From positions 10,390 through 74,389 of the forward strand of contig CAZUOM010000001.1 in the NCBI GenBank assembly GCA_964621305.1: a stretch of DNA of 64,000 nt, read 5' to 3'. This DNA comes from an uncultured Gammaproteobacteria bacterium. Its GTDB lineage: Bacteria; Patescibacteriota; Microgenomatia; UBA10105; UBA927. A program made the position numbers and the translations under genes. This document shows, piece after piece, positions 40,079 to 49,305 of the stretch; position 1 is the first letter of the stretch; each line of letters begins with the position of its first letter. The notes beneath the pieces are model-generated. The model did not search any database and had not been told where the DNA came from. It saw only the letters and a list, made by a program, of their open reading frames with translations.

Positions 40079-42556
40079 ATGAACATCGGAAAAATTCAAC
40101 CATCCGAGATTGTTGCCGAGATGCAAAAGTCGTACCTCGACTATGCAATGAGCGTCATCGTGGCGCGGGCTCTGCCTGACGTCAAAGACGGACTCAAGCC
40201 GGTACACCGGAGGATCCTATTTGCCATGCATCAGATGGGCCTTGCGCACACGAGCAAATACACCAAAAGCGCCAAGGTGGTCGGAGAAGTTTTGGGGAAA
40301 TATCACCCCCACGGAGACGCGCCCGTCTACGAAGCGCTCGTCCGGCTGGCTCAAAACTTTTCCATGCGCTACCCCCTTATCGACGGCCAGGGAAATTTTG
40401 GCTCTATCGACGGCGACCCGCCAGCTGCCATGCGCTATACCGAGACGAGGCTCTCGGCAATTGCCGCTGAGATGATGCTTGATATTGAAAAAGAAACAGT
40501 CAACTTCATCCCCAATTTTGATGCAACACTCGACGAGCCTACATACCTTCCTGCCAAACTTCCCAATTTGCTTCTCATGGGAAGCGAAGGAATTGCCGTC
40601 GGCATGGCAACAAAGATCCCGCCGCATAACCTTGGCGAAGTCGTCGACGCGTTGGTGTTTCTGATCGGAAAAACAAAAATTACTGACAGCAATTTTTCTT
40701 TCGACGTTTCTCTTGACGAACTTATGGATTACGTTCAGGGCCCGGATTTCCCGACGGCAGGCGCCATCTACGACATTTCCGAAATTAAAAACGCCTACGG
40801 GACAGGCCGGGGAAAGATCATCATGCGCGGCAAAGCCGAAATTGAGGATATAGGCCAAGGAAAATCAGCAATCATCGTGAGCGAACTGCCTTATCAAGTC
40901 AACAAAGCGTTGCTTGTGGCAAAGATCGCAGATCTTGTGAAAGATAAAAAACTCGACGGCATCAGTGATCTGCGCGACGAGTCTGATCGTAAGGGGATTA
41001 GAGTTTACGTCGAACTTAAGCGCGATGCCAGGCCTAAACAGGTCCTCAATAATCTATTTCAGCATACGGCACTCCAGACGAGTTTCCCCGTCAATATGGT
41101 CGCCCTCGTCGACGGCACCCCGCAGACTCTTTCGCTAAAACAAATTCTGGAAGAGTACATCAAGCACCGCCACGCCGTGATCCGCAGACGTAGTGAGTTT
41201 GAACTGAAAGAGGCCCGGGCCCGCGAGCATATTTTGGAAGGGTTAAAGATCGCCGTCGACCACATCGATGAAGTTATCTCGTTGATCAAAAAAAGCGCCA
41301 ACGCAGACGAGGCCAAAACAAAACTGATGGCGCGATTTAAACTAAGCGACCTCCAAGCCACCGCCATCTTGGACATGCAACTAAGGAGGCTCGCTGCCCT
41401 CGAGCGGCAAAAAATCGAAGACGAACTCGCAATGATCCGCGAAACAATCGCCTACCTCACAGATCTTCTGGCTCACCCGGAAAAAATATTAAAAGTCGTC
41501 CGCGACGAGCTGGTCAAACTCAAAGAGCGCTACGGAGATAGCCGCCGAACGCGAGTATTCAAGTCAAAAGTGGGAGAGTTTTCCGAGGAACAGCTCATCG
41601 CCAATGAAGACGTCATCGTCACGATGAGCGAGACTGGTTATATCAAGCGAATGGCACGCGCCACGTTTAAAACCCAGGAACGCGGAGGCAAAGGCGTCAT
41701 CGGCATGACAGCTAAAGAAGAAGATGCCATCGACCGGATTATCTCAGCCCAAACGCATGACAATATGCTCTTCTTTACGGATAAAGGAAAGGTCTACCAG
41801 GTCCGCGCGTGGGATATCCCCGAAGGCAGCCGCCAGAGTAAAGGACAAGCTGTCGTCAACCTCATCAATATCGAGTCAGGAGAAAAAGTGACCTCGGTTC
41901 TCTCATACTCGCTAAAGCGCAGCGAGCAAAAGGAGCAGGGTGTTTCTTTCATCATTATGGCCACAAAAAAAGGGACCGTTAAAAAGACCAAGCTTTCCGA
42001 ATATGAAAATATACGAAGGAGCGGTTTAGTGGCAATTAAACTCGAGGCAGACGACGAGCTCACCTGGGCAAACCTGACAAGCGGAAACGACAACATACTT
42101 CTCGTTTCTCACGACGGAAAATCAATTAAATTTTCTGAAAGTGAAGTCCGCCCTACTGCCCGTGACACGATGGGAGTGCGCGGGATTTTGCTTGGCAAAG
42201 ACGATCATCTGGTGGGCATGGAAGTAATAAATAGCGAAACCAAAAAAGCAGATTTTCTCACTATCATGGAGAAGGGGATAGGGAAAAAAACCGCGGTTTC
42301 CGATTTCCCAAAACAGCACCGCGGCGGCCAGGGCGTCAAGGTGGCGGTAGTCAAAGATAAAACCGGTAAAATCGTCGTCTCGCAGCTCGTGCCTGCTGAC
42401 TGTGAAAGCGTTATTTTAACCTCCACCAAAGGCCAGATCGTCAAACTCCCCATTAGTAGCGTCCCCCGCCTCGGCCGCGCCACCAGCGGCGTGATCCTCA
42501 TGCGCTTCACCAATAAATCCGACACCATCGCCGCAGCGACCTGCCTAACAAAGTAA
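40079..42556 (+). CDS. gyrA: DNA gyrase subunit A
   Basis: [20 protein letters not shown], active-site Tyr region AAMRYTE, and a C-terminal beta-pinwheel with GyrA-box-like repeats. Confidence 0.9.
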   Translation: MNIGKIQPSEIVAEMQKSYLDYAMSVIVARALPDVKDGLKPVHRRILFAMHQMGLAHTSKYTKSAKVVGEVLGKYHPHGDAPVYEALVRLAQNFSMRYPLIDGQGNFGSIDGDPPAAMRYTETRLSAIAAEMMLDIEKETVNFIPNFDATLDEPTYLPAKLPNLLLMGSEGIAVGMATKIPPHNLGEVVDALVFLIGKTKITDSNFSFDVSLDELMDYVQGPDFPTAGAIYDISEIKNAYGTGRGKIIMRGKAEIEDIGQGKSAIIVSELPYQVNKALLVAKIADLVKDKKLDGISDLRDESDRKGIRVYVELKRDARPKQVLNNLFQHTALQTSFPVNMVALVDGTPQTLSLKQILEEYIKHRHAVIRRRSEFELKEARAREHILEGLKIAVDHIDEVISLIKKSANADEAKTKLMARFKLSDLQATAILDMQLRRLAALERQKIEDELAMIRETIAYLTDLLAHPEKILKVVRDELVKLKERYGDSRRTRVFKSKVGEFSEEQLIANEDVIVTMSETGYIKRMARATFKTQERGGKGVIGMTAKEEDAIDRIISAQTHDNMLFFTDKGKVYQVRAWDIPEGSRQSKGQAVVNLINIESGEKVTSVLSYSLKRSEQKEQGVSFIIMATKKGTVKKTKLSEYENIRRSGLVAIKLEADDELTWANLTSGNDNILLVSHDGKSIKFSESEVRPTARDTMGVRGILLGKDDHLVGMEVINSETKKADFLTIMEKGIGKKTAVSDFPKQHRGGQGVKVAVVKDKTGKIVVSQLVPADCESVILTSTKGQIVKLPISSVPRLGRATSGVILMRFTNKSDTIAAATCLTK

Positions 42557-42564
42557 ATCTTAGC

Positions 42565-42867
42565 ATGCCCACTATCCCTGAATCCATAACTCCCGATCAG
42601 CAAGCGGAAAGAGATAAACTATTCCAAGAAGGGGGGGAAAATTATGTAAGGCAATACTTTGGACATATCCAAAAACTATTGGCAGCCGTTGATAAAAGCA
42701 TAGAAGAAAATCTTCTGCCAAATAGTCCCGATGATATCGGTTTTTTGGGAGCGTTAAAAAGTAGAATTTTTCAAAGAATGCAAAAACTAGGTATTATCCC
42801 GGACCCACCCAATATCGCAGGATACCAAGAAATAGAAAAAAAAGACCCCCAAGATTGGCGGGAATAG
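42565..42867 (+). CDS. Hypothetical protein (100 aa)
   Basis: Intact ORF immediately after gyrA. No motif. Confidence 0.35.
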   Translation: MPTIPESITPDQQAERDKLFQEGGENYVRQYFGHIQKLLAAVDKSIEENLLPNSPDDIGFLGALKSRIFQRMQKLGIIPDPPNIAGYQEIEKKDPQDWRE

Positions 42868-42996
42868 ATTATCAGTCCAATCATTTTCACCATGATTACC
42901 GCTTGGCCTAGCAGTAACAAGCGGCCGCGGTTAACTTCAAGGTTTAAAACGATCTGTCATTTTCTTCTTCTCTGTCATTTGCTAGAATACGAATGT

Positions 42997-43434
42997 ATGC
43001 AAAATCCAATTTCGCCCAGCGTGCGTAGCGCCATACAGACCATCCTCGCCGGCTATCCGCAGGTAGTTGCGGTTTATCTCTACGGCTCGCACGGCCGGGG
43101 AACAGCCAACACACTCAGCGATATTGACATTGCCGTCATGCTCGCCAAGCCCTCCGATGCAACCGGAGACTTTCACCTTGACATCATCGGTGAAATGATG
43201 CGTATTTTCCATACCGACCAAGTGGACGTCCAACTGTTGACCATCGATACACCACCGGCTTTGGCATTTCGCATGATCCAAGGGAAAGTTCTCTACTGTA
43301 GGTCGTTAAAGACAAAAGCGCTAATCGAAGCCCAGGTTCTCTCTCGCTATCAAGACTTTCAACCGTTTCTCACTTCCCAATTCTCTGCCATGGAGCAACG
43401 TATCAAGGAGGGGCACTATGCCAGTGGACACTGA
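42997..43434 (+). CDS. Minimal nucleotidyltransferase (MNT) antitoxin-type protein
   Basis: YLYGSHGRGTANTLSDIDIAV is the GS...DxD pol-beta NTase motif. Overlaps the downstream HEPN gene. Confidence 0.65.
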   Translation: MQNPISPSVRSAIQTILAGYPQVVAVYLYGSHGRGTANTLSDIDIAVMLAKPSDATGDFHLDIIGEMMRIFHTDQVDVQLLTIDTPPALAFRMIQGKVLYCRSLKTKALIEAQVLSRYQDFQPFLTSQFSAMEQRIKEGHYASGH

Positions 43435-43849
43435 GGGAATTAAACTGAAACTCCAACTATTGGAAGAGTACATTACTGATGTCAAAAAACTTCGGGGCAA
43501 ACCGGAAGCTGCGTTTGTACCGCGTTCTGATACGGAGATCTTAGCCGAACGCCACATCGAGAAAGCCTGCCAGACAGTATTGGACATCGCCAACCACATC
43601 ATTGCTGAAGAAGGCTTAGGAGCACCAACGATGTACCGCGAACTGGGTCCTATCTTAGCCCAACATCGCATCGTCACCCGCAACGTGGCAAAGAAAATGG
43701 AGGAGATTGCCAAATTCCGCAACCGTCTAGTGCATCAATATGCCACACTCGATCCGAAGACGATTTTCCGTATCGTACATCACGATATCGATGACCTAGT
43801 TATTTTTGCACAACAAATAGCAGTGTATTTGGAAAAGAAAAAATCATGA
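43418..43849 (+). CDS. HEPN-domain toxin (HepT/DUF86 family)
   Basis: FRNRLVHQY is the R-x4-H-x-Y HEPN catalytic motif near the C-terminus. Paired with the upstream MNT. Confidence 0.7.
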   Translation: MPVDTEGIKLKLQLLEEYITDVKKLRGKPEAAFVPRSDTEILAERHIEKACQTVLDIANHIIAEEGLGAPTMYRELGPILAQHRIVTRNVAKKMEEIAKFRNRLVHQYATLDPKTIFRIVHHDIDDLVIFAQQIAVYLEKKKS

Positions 43850-43940
43850 TGTCATTTCGACGGAGTACCAGCGGCGTCATCCTCATGCGCTTCACCAACA
43901 AAAGTGATACAATAGAAGCTACAACCTGCTTAACAAAGTA
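43845..43940 (+). pseudogene. Displaced remnant of the gyrA 3' end (last about 25 codons)
   Basis: Positions 43866-43940 are about 80 percent identical to 42482-42556. Both encode ...[20 protein letters not shown]. Confidence 0.55.
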
Positions 43941-43943
43941 ATT

Positions 43944-44261
43944 ATGCCTCAAGCATTAGAATTCCGGTGTTATAAGATAATAAGTGATACGCAAATATTA
44001 TGTGATCCTGACGAAGCAGTTTTTTTATATGCTGGTGGTTCAATTTACAGGCCCCGTTGGGAGCGAAGAGCGACCTCAGATCAATTCAGAAATATACCAA
44101 ACTCCAAAGGGGGTTTTATGAATGCTGGAGTAACGGAAATCAAAGGCGTAAAAACACGCTATGGTGACGATAGGAGATTTATCATTTCTGGAAGCAGACG
44201 TGTTATAGATAAATTAGTCTCAAGGCTCCAAGAAAGATATGATGAAGAGACAGATGAATAA
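43944..44261 (+). CDS. Hypothetical protein (105 aa)
   Basis: ORF only. Confidence 0.3.
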   Translation: MPQALEFRCYKIISDTQILCDPDEAVFLYAGGSIYRPRWERRATSDQFRNIPNSKGGFMNAGVTEIKGVKTRYGDDRRFIISGSRRVIDKLVSRLQERYDEETDE

Positions 44262-44698
44262 GTATTCCGGGCCAAAACTGCTTCAAATATTTCAGCACCG
44301 GATCAAGAGGGAAATCCGTGGAACCTAGTAGTAGCAAGCGGCCGCTTTTCACTACTAGGTCTGAAATTAATCGACAATCATTTTAAATGATGGTATTATA
44401 ATGGCTAGATGAAGCTGACTGCTGGAATGAAGGCGCCGGAGTTTTCGGGACAGGATCAAGACGGATATGATTTGACTTAGGCGTGGGGCCTCGGTATAGT
44501 AAGCTCATATGACACAAACCCTACTTCAAAATCTGCAAAAGAAATACAAAGATGGTGGGTATGCGCTCGTGTCTCCAGACACCGGCCGGGTGGCACTATT
44601 TGCTGATACAATAAAAAAGCTTTACCAAGCCATCGAGATAAAACAAATCCAGGACGCAGACAAAGTGGTGATGTACATCCCACCGCCAAAAGTCACGC

Positions 44699-45109
44699 AT
44701 GCCTTTTCGCTTTCCTTATCAGTACGGCTTCGTTGACGACCGCAAGATTCCGTACCCGATCGTTCCCGTGCAATTTCACACCATCCGTGGACTTCGTGCC
44801 TACTCATTCATCATGGATACCGGAGCGGACACGCTCACATTGCCAAACTATATGATGACGTTGTTGGGGATAAAACGCCCCTCGCTTAGAAGAAGCTTGA
44901 TGCAAGGTATCGGTGCCAACCTCGTTTCGATTTGGGAGGGGACAATTCCCATAACCTTCTGCCAAAAAACCTTTTTGGTGCACTGTTCATTTACCGAGCA
45001 CGACACAACTCCTTTTTTGCTCGGCAAGGAAGGCATTTTCAAACGATTCTCCGTAACATTCGACAACGACCAAAAAATGACAATTTTTCAAGAAAGGAAA
45101 AGCGAATGA
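44699..45109 (+). CDS. Retropepsin-like (clan AA) aspartic peptidase
   Basis: YSFIMDTGADTLTLP...LLG is the D-T/S-G-A active-site motif. The overlapping upstream 75-aa ORF (44509-44736) may be a frameshifted N-terminal part. Confidence 0.5.
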   Translation: MPFRFPYQYGFVDDRKIPYPIVPVQFHTIRGLRAYSFIMDTGADTLTLPNYMMTLLGIKRPSLRRSLMQGIGANLVSIWEGTIPITFCQKTFLVHCSFTEHDTTPFLLGKEGIFKRFSVTFDNDQKMTIFQERKSE

Positions 45110-45267
45110 AGTGTACACAAGGGATGGCGACACCAAATTTTTCTGCACCGGATCAGGATGGGAAAATTCATAGGCTCGCTGATTACAAAGGGAAATGGGT
45201 GCTTCTCTATTTTTACCCCAAAGATTTTACATCCGGCTGCACGGTGGAGGCTTGCAATATCTTCTAA
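45106..45267 (+). pseudogene. bcp: Truncated peroxiredoxin Bcp (N-terminal 53 codons only)
   Basis: FSAPDQDGKIHRLADYKGKWVLLYFYPKDFTSGCTVEAC is the Bcp CXXXXC region. The frame ends at a stop created by a 10-mer tandem repeat. Confidence 0.55.
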
Positions 45268-45296
45268 TATCTTCTAATATCTTCTAATATCTTACA
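45257..45296 (+). repeat. Tandem repeat (atatcttcta) x about 3.9
   Basis: Direct inspection. Lies between the bcp fragment and the Fic start. Confidence 0.9.
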
Positions 45297-45298
45297 AG

Positions 45299-46294
45299 AT
45301 GAAATTTCCTCCAAGATTCCGAGAAACAGAAACGATTAAACGGCTCGTCCACGAGCTCGATATCCTGAAAGAAGCGTTTAAACTATTGCCGATTGCGCCA
45401 CAAACGATTGCTTATCTTGCCCGAAAATCGATCCTCAAAAGCGCACTGTTTTCTGCCCGTATCGAGGGAAATCCGCTTACAGAAGGAGAACTTTCATCAT
45501 CTGACTTGTTAAGTCCAAACGATCAAAGCAAGCGTGAGGTGTCCAACATCGCCCACGCCATAACCGCGGTAGTAGAGACCAAGCAAACCGATCTTACGCT
45601 TCCGTTTCTCCTCCGTTTGCACAAGATGACCCTTTCGCTTCTTGCAGTGGACGCTGGACGTTTACGCACTGACGAGGGAGCAATATTCAACCAAGCCGGT
45701 GTGGCCGTCTACCTCACCCCCGCGCCATGGAACATCAAGAAATTGCTTGTTCCTTTGCTTCACTACTGTAATACTAGTCGTCATCACGCGGTGGTGGCTG
45801 CGGCGGTTGCCCATATCTGGTTTGAGAAAATTCACCCCTTCCGTGACGGCAACGGAAGAGTAGGACGACTGATCTCGCTTTTTCTTCTCAATAAAGGGGG
45901 ATACGGCTTTACCGGCGTTGTGCCGTTTGAAGAGTATTTGGATTCCCATCGACAAGACTACTACGACGCGCTAGCGCCGGATCGAACCGATGTTACCGGC
46001 TTCGTCGAATTTTTTTTAACGGCACTTCTTACGCAAACCAAAACGTCTTTTGAGGAGATCAAACAGGCTGACTCGACCAAAACATCCAATTTGCTACCAC
46101 GCCGCGAGGAGATTCTGAATGTTGTCCGCGATCACCAGGTGGTGTCCTTTGATTTTCTCGCCCGCCGCTTCCGTGCCGTGCGAAACAGTACGCTGCATTA
46201 CGATATCCAACAGCTGATCAAAGCAGGTCTGATCCATAAACTAGGAACGACGCGCGGGGTCCTTTACTCGCCGGCAAAAACCACGCTACAATGA
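45299..46294 (+). CDS. Fic family protein with C-terminal winged-helix
   Basis: HIWFEKIHPFRDGNGRVGRLI is the Fic motif HxFx(D/E)GNGRxxR. Confidence 0.8.
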   Translation: MKFPPRFRETETIKRLVHELDILKEAFKLLPIAPQTIAYLARKSILKSALFSARIEGNPLTEGELSSSDLLSPNDQSKREVSNIAHAITAVVETKQTDLTLPFLLRLHKMTLSLLAVDAGRLRTDEGAIFNQAGVAVYLTPAPWNIKKLLVPLLHYCNTSRHHAVVAAAVAHIWFEKIHPFRDGNGRVGRLISLFLLNKGGYGFTGVVPFEEYLDSHRQDYYDALAPDRTDVTGFVEFFLTALLTQTKTSFEEIKQADSTKTSNLLPRREEILNVVRDHQVVSFDFLARRFRAVRNSTLHYDIQQLIKAGLIHKLGTTRGVLYSPAKTTLQ

Positions 46295-46298
46295 AGGC

Positions 46299-46811
46299 AT
46301 GAGTAAACGAAGGGCTGCGGCTGTAAATTACATCCGGACTTTTGTATTCGGTGTCGAAGACAGCCTCGTCTCAACCGTTGGCCTCCTCTCCGGGGTAACT
46401 GTCGGCGGTGTCGAGAAGCCGCAGATTATTATCACCGGCGTCGTCCTTCTCCTGGTTGAAGCCTTTTCCATGGCAGTTGGGAGCCTCATCTCAGAGCAGT
46501 CAGCAGAAGAGTATGTCAAACACCGCGAAGTGCCGATCACCAACGACCTCCTCGACAGTGCCATTATGTTTTTCTCCTATCTCTTCTTTGGCCTTATACC
46601 GCTTTCTCCTTATTTGTTCCTTGCCCCACAGCAGGCACTCCCGCTTTCTATCGGCAGTACTCTAGCTGCACTCTTCCTATTGGGTGTCGTTGGTGCAATC
46701 GTCTTCAAAATTAATATCCTGCGAAACGGACTTCGCACGCTCCTCCTCGGCGGCAGCGCAATCGCAATCGGCATCCTCGCCGCCACCTGGCTTCAGGCTA
46801 AGGGGTACTAA
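46299..46811 (+). CDS. VIT1/CCC1-family membrane protein
   Basis: YIRTFVFGVEDSLVSTVGLLSGV is the VIT-family N-terminal motif. Hydrophobic C-terminal half. Confidence 0.65.
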   Translation: MSKRRAAAVNYIRTFVFGVEDSLVSTVGLLSGVTVGGVEKPQIIITGVVLLLVEAFSMAVGSLISEQSAEEYVKHREVPITNDLLDSAIMFFSYLFFGLIPLSPYLFLAPQQALPLSIGSTLAALFLLGVVGAIVFKINILRNGLRTLLLGGSAIAIGILAATWLQAKGY

Positions 46812-46853
46812 GCATAATTGTTTTTCATCGCCTGATTACATACAATCGAATAC

Positions 46854-47748
46854 ATGCACCAGAGCATCATGGCTATTCTAGGAGGAGTGGCGGGGATGAT
46901 TGGTTATGGTTCAGCCGATTTCTTCGCAAAAAAGACCATCGATCGCATAGGAATTCTCAAGAGCGTATTTTACTCTCAACTTATCAGCGTTATTTTCCTT
47001 TTGCTCTTTTTATTTCAAGACCCATCAATGCCAGTATTGAACATCCAAGTAATTATTACCCTAGTATTATTTGGTTTTTTCTGGGCAGCCGGTTACCTCG
47101 CTCTTTATCGGGCGTTTGAAGTTGGAAAAATAAGTGTCGTTAGTCCAATCACTTCAGCGTTTGCGGCACTTGCTGCAATTAATTCCTTTCTTTTTTTCCG
47201 TGAACCTTTTTCTTTTTTAAAATTGATAGCCATTGTTTTAATTACAATAGGAGTGGTACTTACGGCAATAGACTTAAAAGAGTTGAAAAAGGGACTCAAG
47301 TTGAACGATTTAGTAAAAGGAGTTCCTGAAGCATTTTTTGTTCTTCTAATATTTGGCTTCTTTTGGCCCCTCTGGGATCAATTTACTAGTCGCGGAGGGT
47401 GGGTTATCTTGACAATAATAATGCGTATGGTAGCCGTAACCACCTTTTTCCTGTATGCTCTACTACTTAGGAAAGAAAGCCTCTCTCTCTCTCTCTCTCT
47501 CGTCTTCATCTGGTTACCTCACGGGATTGCTCGCAATTTCTTTTTTTGAAGCACTTGCAATAGGAGGCGTAACATGGGCATTCAATGCAACGATCAACTC
47601 TGCAAGTATCATTGCCGCGACAACAAGCACCTATCCTATCGTAACATTACTTCTCGCTTTTATTTTTTTCAAAGAACGGCTTGCTCGAAATCAGTATGGT
47701 GGCATAATGTTCATTCTCCTGGGTTTAATAGTCAGTCCATTCGTATAA
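46854..47748 (+). pseudogene. EamA/DMT-family transporter disrupted by a frameshift at a (CT)10 tract
   Basis: Frame 0 runs 46854-47549 and frame +1 runs 47455-47748. Both have EamA-like TM repeats. The junction is ctctctctctctctctctct at 47481-47500. (CT)11 or (CT)8 would restore one ORF of about 297 aa. Confidence 0.6.
47481..47500 (+). repeat. (CT)10 dinucleotide microsatellite
   Basis: Direct inspection. Confidence 0.95.
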
Positions 47749-47910
47749 TCCAATGATGAAAATTGATGGAAAAACGATTAGCAATGTAAAGCCGAAGGTT
47801 TCTCCTCTTGGAAAACGACTGCGACAAGCACTAAAAGAAGTTAATTCGGGGAAAACCATTGGTCCTTTTTCAAAATTGTTGCATGGAATGCGAGTTCTCA
47901 AACGAAAAAA

Positions 47911-48759
47911 ATGAAAATCGATGGGAAAGCGATTGCGGAAAAGATGCTCGTCGACCTGGCTGAGCAGGTGACAAAGCTCAAAGAGCACGGGGTCGCGCCG
48001 ACGCTGGCGGTGACTTTGGTGGGGGAAAACCCCGCATCGCTGTCGTACATTAAGCAAAAGCAGAAAGCTGCCGAAAAAATCGGAGCCACCCTTGAACTCA
48101 AACAATTTCCGGAGACAGCCGATGCTCACATCATCAATGAAACAATTGAACAATGTAACAATGATTCTTCAATCCACGGCATCATTGTCCAGCGACCATT
48201 ACCAGAGACACTCCACTCAATATATCAATATATTAATATATTGAAAGACGTTGATGGATTTGTGCCGAATTCGCCGTTTGTCGTCCCGGTGGCAACAGCA
48301 GTTTTTGAGATACTCAAAAACTGCAAATCCCAAATCCCAAATCCCAATGACCAAAAAATATCTTTTAGTGAATGGATGAGAACAAAATCCGTTGTCGTCG
48401 TCGGCAGGGGAGAGACTGCGGGGGGTCCAATAACAGATGCACTCACTAAACGAGGATGTCAGGTTTCCGTCGTTCACTCGCAAACAAAAAATCCGGATGA
48501 CATAATCAAAACCGGTGATGTCGTCATCAGCTGTGTCGGGAAACCAAATATTGTGCGACGCGATAACATAAAAAAAGATGCCTTTCTTGTCAGCGTGGGC
48601 ATCTGGCGAGATGCTGAGGGGAAATTGCACGGCGACTATGATGAAGAGGCGGTCGCAGATGTAGCCAGTTTTTACACGCCAACCCCAGGCGGTGTCGGTC
48701 CAGTCAACGTCGCCTGCCTAATGAAAAATCTTGTCGTGGCAAGCCAAAAAACTTCTTGA
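47911..48759 (+). CDS. folD: Bifunctional methylenetetrahydrofolate dehydrogenase/cyclohydrolase
   Basis: SLSYIKQKQKAAEKIG, a GRGETAGGPI-like NAD(P) loop, and PTPGGVGPVNVA. Contains an inserted SQIPNPNDQ from a heptamer repeat. Confidence 0.9.
   Translation: MKIDGKAIAEKMLVDLAEQVTKLKEHGVAPTLAVTLVGENPASLSYIKQKQKAAEKIGATLELKQFPETADAHIINETIEQCNNDSSIHGIIVQRPLPETLHSIYQYINILKDVDGFVPNSPFVVPVATAVFEILKNCKSQIPNPNDQKISFSEWMRTKSVVVVGRGETAGGPITDALTKRGCQVSVVHSQTKNPDDIIKTGDVVISCVGKPNIVRRDNIKKDAFLVSVGIWRDAEGKLHGDYDEEAVADVASFYTPTPGGVGPVNVACLMKNLVVASQKTS
48324..48349 (+). repeat. Heptamer tandem repeat (caaatcc) x about 3.7 inside folD
   Basis: Direct inspection. Confidence 0.9.
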
Positions 48760-48791
48760 CGCGGCATACGAGTCACATGTTATACTCATAG

Positions 48792-48959
48792 TATGAAAGC
48801 GATTAATGCTTCAAAAAATCCCTCCGTACGAATGATCGAACGAATAGATAAAACAATTGAGTTAGTAAAGCAACTAAAACAACTTATACAGGAATGGAAA
48901 CTTGAAAAAGAATTCGCAAAGAAGATGACTTACCCCACACAACAACCTTCAACAGTATG
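48792..48959 (+). CDS. Small ORF (55 aa), hypothetical
   Basis: First of three translationally coupled small ORFs upstream of the C39-like peptidase. Confidence 0.25.
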
Positions 48960-49132
48960 AGTGACCTATCAGATGATATTCTTCAGAAACTTGATAAAGT
49001 TATGGGTGAGCTTCAAAACATGCAAGAAGAATTTACATTACAGATGGGTAAATATGAAAAAATTGGAGAGCTGGAGGAGCGCGTCGAACTTCTTGAGGAA
49101 AAAATAAACAAACTTGAACAACCCACTTCATG
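48959..49132 (+). CDS. Small coiled-coil ORF (58 aa), hypothetical
   Basis: E/K-rich heptads containing ELEERVE. Stop overlaps the next ATG (ATGA). Confidence 0.3.
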
Positions 49133-49232
49133 AAGCAAACCGCCATCCTCATCACGTTTTTCTTTCTTGCCCTTTTTGCCTATACCAAAATTGCTGGCCC
49201 CATTCCGTTTGCTGTCACGAGCGTTTTGTGAA
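49131..49232 (+). CDS. Small hydrophobic peptide (33 aa)
   Basis: MKQTAILITFFFLALFAYTKIAGPIPFAVTSVL. Start is coupled to the upstream stop. Confidence 0.25.
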
Positions 49233-49305
49233 GTCCAGAATTTTACCTCTCCGTGTAGATACTATAGGACTTGTTACGCATTGCCACTACTAGTAGAATG
49301 GATCA

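Noticed and set aside
40217-40858. 213-aa minus-strand ORF and several other ORFs of 60-130 aa inside gyrA, gyrB and hppA
   Set aside because: They lie entirely antisense to, or out of frame within, strongly supported conserved genes. They are typical spurious ORFs in GC-moderate coding DNA.
44509-44736. 75-aa ORF upstream of the aspartic protease as an independent gene
   Set aside because: It overlaps the protease ORF by 38 nt in a different frame and has no motif. It is more likely a frameshifted N-terminal segment or spurious, so it is not listed as a separate feature.
47725-48153. 142-aa minus-strand ORF overlapping the folD start
   Set aside because: Antisense to folD, with no RBS or motif. 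Spurious.
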